Positions 58,079 to 64,000 of a stretch of DNA of 64,000 bases are shown here, one piece after another (the first letter of the stretch is position 1; each line of letters begins with the position of its first letter). The stretch spans positions 86,508-150,507 of the forward strand of contig NZ_JAVZIN010000001.1 of NCBI RefSeq assembly GCF_038871235.1, in the 5' to 3' direction. The stretch comes from Candidatus Hadarchaeum sp. (GTDB lineage: Archaea > Hadarchaeota > Hadarchaeia > Hadarchaeales > Hadarchaeaceae). The notes under the pieces were generated by a model. The model was not told the origin of the DNA. It ran no database searches and worked only from the letters and a program-made list of their open reading frames with translations. Position numbers and translations under genes: made by a program.

Positions 58079-58135
58079 GTCACTCTAATCTCCTATGCAC
58101 GCCGCGTGCCCGTTGATAGGGGAATTGCCACGACA

Positions 58136-59245
58136 TCAACCGGTGATCTCTTGGAACCTTGCGAACCACTCTTTCTGGTATTTTGCCAACACGTTTTCTG
58201 GTACAAAGATATTCATTCGCCAGTGCTCGGGCTCAGTCGGGAAGGCAGGGTCTCCTTTCATGTACTCAGGAATAGTTGCACCCATTGCCAGGGGTGGGCA
58301 TCCGAGAAGCTCCGCCCACTTGCCCTGGACCACAGGATCACAGGCGATGTTTATAAATTGCTTGGCCCAGTAATCACGCGCGGGCGGTAGATTCTTGACA
58401 ACCTCCATAGAGTCTGTATGTACTTCCACACCCTCCTTTGGAACTACCCAAGCCACTTCAGCTCCGGCTCTCTTCGCCTCAAAGACGTTGGTCAATATGG
58501 TTACCAGAAGCGCCATCTCTTTCCTCTCGATCCACATGGAAAAATCTGGGTCCTCACCAAGTCCGCCGATGTTCGGAGCCAAAGTCTTAAGCAAGTCCCA
58601 AGCCGCTTCCATCTTCTCCGGATGAGCCAAGACTTCACTCATTTCAACGCCCGCCAGTCTAGCCAGAACTGCGTGGAATCCTATCCCGTCGTCGTACATC
58701 GCTATTTTGCCCTTGTACTGTGGCTCCCAAAGCACCCACCAAGAATCCGGCACTTTCGACACCAAGCTCGGCACGTACGCCAGAACGTAGGAGTAGGCGT
58801 AAACGTTGACGTAGGGCCATTTGTCGCCGTAGGGTGCCATCGCATCGGCGCCCGGCTTTGCCTCGGGTCGCATGTTGGCGAGGTTCGGAACCTCAGAGAG
58901 AGACATTGGCGAAACAAGGCCCCATTGTGCTTCCAGATAGGAGTTAGTTGATATCGTCCAGTTCACATCCACTGGAGGTGTCTGCCCGGCTGGAATTATT
59001 TCACGAAGTCGTGTTTGTAATTCACTGTCTTCAGTGTAATCGTACTCCACCTTTATACCCGTGGCCTCCTCAAAGGCTTTACCAACCGATTCATGTAGCG
59101 CGTATTGCCAGCCTCCGCCCCAAGCCCTGACGACAATGCTCGATGGTTTCTCTGCCGCTGGTGACGGTTGACCTACAATCCAAACTGCTGCCCCTACCAC
59201 GATCACTATCACTACTATTGCCGCTATCACGATACTCCTTTTCAT
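58136..59245 (-). CDS. Polyamine/opine ABC substrate-binding protein
   Basis: N-terminal TM, WGG, FE..TGIKV, VPN, PDSW..LW.P.YKGKI, PKEG. Confidence 0.85.
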   Translation of the reverse strand: MKRSIVIAAIVVIVIVVGAAVWIVGQPSPAAEKPSSIVVRAWGGGWQYALHESVGKAFEEATGIKVEYDYTEDSELQTRLREIIPAGQTPPVDVNWTISTNSYLEAQWGLVSPMSLSEVPNLANMRPEAKPGADAMAPYGDKWPYVNVYAYSYVLAYVPSLVSKVPDSWWVLWEPQYKGKIAMYDDGIGFHAVLARLAGVEMSEVLAHPEKMEAAWDLLKTLAPNIGGLGEDPDFSMWIERKEMALLVTILTNVFEAKRAGAEVAWVVPKEGVEVHTDSMEVVKNLPPARDYWAKQFINIACDPVVQGKWAELLGCPPLAMGATIPEYMKGDPAFPTEPEHWRMNIFVPENVLAKYQKEWFARFQEITG

Positions 59246-59379
59246 CGTTTTTCATTTTGCCTACTCATTTATAAACATTTTTGCATATCTTCCAAAAATT
59301 AAAAACTCAATAAGGGTTCATTAATCAATCAGAGTTTCTCATGTAATCTTGCTCTTGAACATACACTTAATGGTGCCAC

Positions 59380-59815
59380 AGTAATTGAACTGATACCTTA
59401 ATTGAAGGTGGAGAAAAAGTCACCCAAGAAATTAAGCTGAACAGAGAAAGATCTGAATTTATAAAGTTAGATGTAACGCGCGCAGAAGAGCGGCAAAAAA
59501 TAGTTGGTGAGATAACGAGAAAATACGGAAAAATAAATATTTTAGTTAACAACCCTGGCATATTAATCTTAAAAATACAGCGCTGGCTTTTGAAAATTAA
59601 AACAAAATTCTGGATATAAATATGAGGGAACCTTTGAGTTGTAAATATGTTTTGCCTGCCACGAAAAAATCAAAATGCGAATCAATCATAATCCCTTTAC
59701 CAATCGCGGGGGTGGTTGCTTTTCCAGAACCTGACCATGTTTATGATACATCAAAAGGTGCCGCAAAAATGTTAACCAAAGCCCTTGCGGTTGACTGTAC
59801 CAAATACCATTGGTG
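59380..59815 (+). pseudogene. Decayed short-chain dehydrogenase/reductase
   Basis: Fragments KLDVT..YGKINILVNNPGI and AGVVAFP..VYDTSKGAAKMLTKALAVD in different frames; no GxxxGxG start; limits approximate. Confidence 0.7.
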
Positions 59816-60526
59816 CTACTTAAGACTCAAATAATGTTTCCTGATGTTTTTATTCTTGAGGAGCTCACGTCCTTTTCCCTGCATCGCTATTTTACCATTC
59901 TCAAGAACGTATGCTTTGTCTGCAACTTCAAGAGCATAGCGTATGTTTTGCTCCACCAAAAGAATGGATACCCCATTTTCTTTTATTGCCTTAATGGAAT
60001 CATAAACACCAGCGACCACTTTGGGCGCCAATCCCAAAGACGGCTCATCCAGCATTAAAAGGGACGGACCACGCATCAATCCTCGAGCGATGGCTAGCAT
60101 TTGTGCTTCTCCTCCGCTCAGCGTTTTTGCTGGTTGACTTTTCCTTTCTTCTAGGATGGGAAACATCTCAAAAACTTTCTTCAACGTGCCATTTTTCATG
60201 TTTTCTCTTGCTAGGTATGCTCCCATCTTGAGATTTTCTAACACGGATAAATTTGGAAAGATCTTTCTCCCTTCAGGGACATGGGAAATCCCCAACCGCG
60301 CGACCTCATGAGGTGGCAAGCCGTTTATTTCTTTGCCCTTAAAGTAAATTTTTCCCGAGTATGGGCGCAAAATTCCCGAAATTGTGTTAAGGAGGGTCGT
60401 TTTTCCCGCCCCATTAGAACCTACAATTGCAACTAGGCTTTTATCAGCAACCTCACAAGAAACTTGGTTTAATATCGGCGACTCGCCATATCCTGAAGTT
60501 AATTTCACAACTCTCAATAAATCCAT
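59816..60526 (-). CDS. livF: Branched-chain amino acid ABC ATPase (LivF-like)
   Basis: GSNGAGKTT, VPEGR.IF, LSGGE, LDEPSLGLAP, LLVEQN. Confidence 0.9.
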   Translation of the reverse strand: MDLLRVVKLTSGYGESPILNQVSCEVADKSLVAIVGSNGAGKTTLLNTISGILRPYSGKIYFKGKEINGLPPHEVARLGISHVPEGRKIFPNLSVLENLKMGAYLARENMKNGTLKKVFEMFPILEERKSQPAKTLSGGEAQMLAIARGLMRGPSLLMLDEPSLGLAPKVVAGVYDSIKAIKENGVSILLVEQNIRYALEVADKAYVLENGKIAMQGKGRELLKNKNIRKHYLSLK

Positions 60527-60527
60527 T

Positions 60528-61253
60528 CTACCACTTTTCCCCCAAATAAGCATTTATAACCTGTTTATTTTTACAGACGCTTCTGGGGCATCCTTTCGCT
60601 ATTATTTCACCGTAGTGAAGCACATACACATTTTCACAAAGCCCCATTATTATTGGCATCACGTGCTCAATGATGAGAATGGTAATTTTCTTTTTTCGAT
60701 TGATCTCCCTAATCATCTTCATAAACTTACTTGCTTCACTAGGATTTAGTCCCGCACCTGGCTCGTCTAAAAGCAAGAGTTCGGGCTCCGTCGTCATTGC
60801 CCTCGCTAGCTCCAATCTTTTCAATTGTGTCACGTTAAGTTCTTTACAGCGCTTCGATCTTAATTCGTCCAACTCGAAATATTCCAGCACGTGATCAATC
60901 AACTCTTGTGCCTCGCTACCGCTCCGTTTTTTTAGCGTGCCTATTAAAAGAGACTCTTCAACGGTGAAATTCAAAAATGGTTTTACTATCTGAAAAGTGC
61001 GCGCCAGACCTAAACTACATATTCTGTGAGGCAGCCAGCCAGTTACGTCCCTCCCTTTAAATACAACACTTCCATGATCTGGCTTTAAAAACCCTGAAAT
61101 GACATTCAATAAAGTCGATTTGCCCGCTCCATTCGGACCAATAAGTCCAGTTATTTTGCCTTTTTCAATCTCAATGTTCACATTATTTAAAGCAACTATT
61201 CCACCGAACTTCTTAACTATCTCTCTCGTTTCAAGAATAATATCGCTATTCAT
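60528..61253 (-). CDS. livG: Branched-chain amino acid ABC ATPase (LivG-like)
   Basis: KFGG, GPNGAGKST, RTFQ, LDEP.AGL, IEH, AYLG. Confidence 0.9.
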   Translation of the reverse strand: MNSDIILETREIVKKFGGIVALNNVNIEIEKGKITGLIGPNGAGKSTLLNVISGFLKPDHGSVVFKGRDVTGWLPHRICSLGLARTFQIVKPFLNFTVEESLLIGTLKKRSGSEAQELIDHVLEYFELDELRSKRCKELNVTQLKRLELARAMTTEPELLLLDEPGAGLNPSEASKFMKMIREINRKKKITILIIEHVMPIIMGLCENVYVLHYGEIIAKGCPRSVCKNKQVINAYLGEKW

Positions 61254-62254
61254 ATTGAACCTCTCAATTTTTTCTTGATTTTTAAATAAACATTTTTAAG
61301 AATGTAACTCAAACCCTCAGGCCTAAACAATATTATCAATACTATAGCCAAGCCAAAAATCGCTGGATAAATACCAAGTACTATAGTCCCAAAAGTTGCT
61401 CTCAAAAGTTCTTTAAGAGTGACCAATATTGCCGCCGCAAGTAATGGTCCATAATATGTTCCCAATCCACCAACTATTCCCAGAACCGCTATCTCAAGTG
61501 CAAAGTCCATGTTGAAATCGGTCCCAGGTTGAATAAAGCTACAAAAACATGCGTAAAAACCACCAAATGCCCCGACGATTAACGAATAAATTAATAATCC
61601 TTTTAACTTTGTCTTGCGAGTATCAACTCCTAAGCTTTCCGCAGCATCTTCATTACTGCCTAAAGCCAACATCGAATATCCGATTTTAGAGTATCTCAAT
61701 CGATAATTAACTAAAAATGCAACTAACAAAAATGCTAGAGCAATATAAAAATATGGAATATATGATCCAAAACTCATGTAATAAAATTCATCTGTTCTAG
61801 ATCGAGGCAAATATCTTTCCAATGGACCACCAACCTCTTTCCACAACATGAAAACTACTCGCAAGATCTCAACAAGGCCCAACGTCGAAAGCGCGTACCA
61901 TATCTCCTTTACCCCGTAGCGAAACATTACATATCCAACCGCCACGGCAAATCCTGCGGCAATAATTGCGCCGAAGAACATACCAATCCACGGTGTAATA
62001 TTCCATCTAATCAACAGAGTTCCCGTTACATAGGCTCCAAGACCCAAATAAGCAGTTGCTCCCAGATCCAACTGTCCAGCAATTCCCCCCATGATATTCC
62101 AAGCTGTAGCAATTACTCCATAAATTAACACGACAGTTGCAAGCAACGTGTAATATTCATTGAACCCAACTAAAACAGGTATCAAGCCGAGTATTAAAGC
62201 AAATACTATAAAAGCCGAAGCAAACTGCTTGGATTTCATATCATTTCCTCCCAA
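61250..62254 (-). CDS. livM: Branched-chain amino acid ABC permease (LivM-like)
   Basis: WNI.GG.AGQ, GLGAY, E.AAESLGV, VGGLGT..GP, RPEGL. Confidence 0.88.
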   Translation of the reverse strand: MGGNDMKSKQFASAFIVFALILGLIPVLVGFNEYYTLLATVVLIYGVIATAWNIMGGIAGQLDLGATAYLGLGAYVTGTLLIRWNITPWIGMFFGAIIAAGFAVAVGYVMFRYGVKEIWYALSTLGLVEILRVVFMLWKEVGGPLERYLPRSRTDEFYYMSFGSYIPYFYIALAFLLVAFLVNYRLRYSKIGYSMLALGSNEDAAESLGVDTRKTKLKGLLIYSLIVGAFGGFYACFCSFIQPGTDFNMDFALEIAVLGIVGGLGTYYGPLLAAAILVTLKELLRATFGTIVLGIYPAIFGLAIVLIILFRPEGLSYILKNVYLKIKKKLRGSI

Positions 62255-63101
62255 ACAGCCCCTTCGGCTTGAGCCATATGACCAATATGAAAAGCAAATA
62301 TATCGGCAAGACGTGGGCTTCAGGGGCTACAAAGGTAACCACTAAAGATTCGGCGATACCAACGATAATCGCCGCAGGAACTATTCCAGATATGCTACCT
62401 AATCCAGCAAGCGCTACTATGCACCAACTAAGTAAGCCAAATCTTACATAAGAAGATGGATCTGCATGTTGATATGTCATCAAAAAAGCAGCTGGAATCG
62501 TGACCAAAGCCAAACCGATCCCAAATGCCAGAGCATAAACCCGCTTAACATTAACCCCCATCAGATAAGCGGCTGTTTTGTCATCGGAGGCCGCTAACAT
62601 AGAAAGTCCTGTGTATGTTCTAGTTAAAAATAAATGAATGATTATCAACAACGCCACGCTTACCAAGGCCGTTGCCAAACGTGAATAAGTAATTGTAAAG
62701 GCGCCAATATTTAAAATACCAAACATAAACGATGAAGGCAAACCTTTGGGTGCTGTACCACCAACTATTTGAACGAAAGAACGTATGATCATTGCAACAC
62801 CCATCATCAGCGCAATTTGGGAAAGAGGAGTTCCCATCGTCCGATTAAGCATGCCATAATAAATTAAAACACCAAAAAGAAAGAAAATTGGTAACAATGG
62901 TAAAAACGCCAAAGTTTGATCTACCCCTAGAAAAGAAACGAACCAAAAAACAAAGTACATCGCTAACATTACAAACTCTCCATGCGCGAAATTTATCAAA
63001 TCCATTACTCCGTAAATAATCGATAACCCAAGTGCAATCATTGCATATATTAGGCCATTGACCAGTCCACTCATGATAGCTTGGAATAGTACTTCTAACA
63101 T
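62241..63101 (-). CDS. livH: Branched-chain amino acid ABC permease (LivH-like)
   Basis: G.IYA..ALGL..IYGV..INFAHG, A.LMGVN, GLGSI.G, KPKGLFG. Confidence 0.9.
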   Translation of the reverse strand: MLEVLFQAIMSGLVNGLIYAMIALGLSIIYGVMDLINFAHGEFVMLAMYFVFWFVSFLGVDQTLAFLPLLPIFFLFGVLIYYGMLNRTMGTPLSQIALMMGVAMIIRSFVQIVGGTAPKGLPSSFMFGILNIGAFTITYSRLATALVSVALLIIIHLFLTRTYTGLSMLAASDDKTAAYLMGVNVKRVYALAFGIGLALVTIPAAFLMTYQHADPSSYVRFGLLSWCIVALAGLGSISGIVPAAIIVGIAESLVVTFVAPEAHVLPIYLLFILVIWLKPKGLFGRK

Positions 63102-63319
63102 TGCATCTTTAATTTTCTTGCCAGTAACATTTATTAAGCTTTTGCCAAATTTTAATCCCTTAAAACTGCCAATAGTTAGACGATTTAGAATCGATGCACA
63201 CTAGAGGCTGTGATTATTTTTATTACAAAAATTTGCTATCAGGATTTTAAAATAAATTTGATTTAGAAAATAAAAACAAAAAACGTTAAAAAGCAGAGAA
63301 TACATAAAAAAATGATTAA

Positions 63320-64000
63320 ATGGAAGTTTCAGTGAATGAACTAATTGATAAATACAAGACAATGGTGAAAATTAGAAGATTTGAGGAAAAAGTAGGTGAA
63401 CTTTTCGCGAAGGGGAAAATACCGGGATTTCTGCATTTGTCAATTGGCCAAGAAGCTGTGCCAGCCGGTATGCGTAATGTGGTAAAAAAAGGCGATTATT
63501 TAATAAGCACGCATCGCGCCCACGGACACATGATTGCTTGGGGCTTGGATTTATCCAAAATGTTTGCTGAGCTTTTCGGCAAAGAAACTGGTTATAACAG
63601 GGGGAGAGGCGGTTCGATGCACATAAGTGATTATGAAAGCGGCGCTCTTTTTGCCAGCGCCATTGTAGGTGCTGGAACGGTGATCGCAACCGGTTCAGGG
63701 TTATCAGCTAAATTGAGAAGAACTGACCAAGTAACGATTTGCTTTATGGGGGACGGAGCCGCGGAGGAAGGAACTTTCCATGAAGGCTTAAATTTAGCCG
63801 CTATATGGAAGTTGCCCGTCATTTTTGTTGTTGAAAACAATATGTATGCGATTTCTATGTGCGTGAAAAATGCGATGCTGTGTGAAAAAATTTCAGATCG
63901 CGCCAAAGCTTACGGGATGCCTGGTGTAACTGTAGATGGAAACGATGTCCTAGAAGTATATAACGCATTTAAAGACGCGGTAAAAAGAGCCCGAGAAGGT
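63320..64000 (+). CDS. TPP-dependent 2-oxoacid/acetoin dehydrogenase E1 alpha subunit (runs off the right window edge)
   Basis: Manual translation: MEVSVNELIDKYKTMVKIRRFEE..GFLHLSIGQEA..STHRAHGH..GRGGSMH..GDGAAEEGTFHEGLN..ENN.YA..VDGND. Confidence 0.9.
   Translation, partial: MEVSVNELIDKYKTMVKIRRFEEKVGELFAKGKIPGFLHLSIGQEAVPAGMRNVVKKGDYLISTHRAHGHMIAWGLDLSKMFAELFGKETGYNRGRGGSMHISDYESGALFASAIVGAGTVIATGSGLSAKLRRTDQVTICFMGDGAAEEGTFHEGLNLAAIWKLPVIFVVENNMYAISMCVKNAMLCEKISDRAKAYGMPGVTVDGNDVLEVYNAFKDAVKRAREG

Noticed and set aside
1-64000. CRISPR array, rRNA, transposase or integrase, provirus, defence system
   Set aside because: No regularly spaced repeats or recognisable motifs were seen by eye.

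Overview
Archaeal chromosome segment. The gene repertoire (form III RuBisCO, archaeal aroA'/aroB' shikimate entry, rpl18e-rpl13-rps9-rpoN, non-pyrrolysine MtmB/MttB homologs) is compatible with a Hadarchaeota-like lineage; this taxonomy is an inference. The window carries de novo NAD and aromatic amino-acid biosynthesis genes, five CCA-encoding tRNA genes, several ABC transporters, a corrinoid methyltransferase/polyamine-transport cluster, and an AT-rich right end (SDR remnant, LivFGMH, TPP-dependent E1-alpha). The most unusual signal is tRNA-Asn(GTT) at 30720-30882. It has a 16-nt BHB intron at position 8/9, a leader that duplicates the 5' acceptor strand (a possible placeholder that frees the exon to fold the BHB), and a 60-nt 37/38 intron with C/D-like boxes and an 8-nt antisense to its own T-arm. 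Other notable items are a two-intron tRNA-Ile(CAT) that implies ordered splicing, a divergent EF-1alpha outside the str operon, RuBisCO plus an HprK/PEPCK-like kinase inserted in a ribosomal superoperon, a K+ channel lacking GYG, a Grs/Gms-like lipid radical SAM, and a structured 3' region behind an unannotated CxxC-x17-CxxC gene. No CRISPR array, rRNA or transposase was seen. Protein calls rest on motif recognition only; no database search was run.
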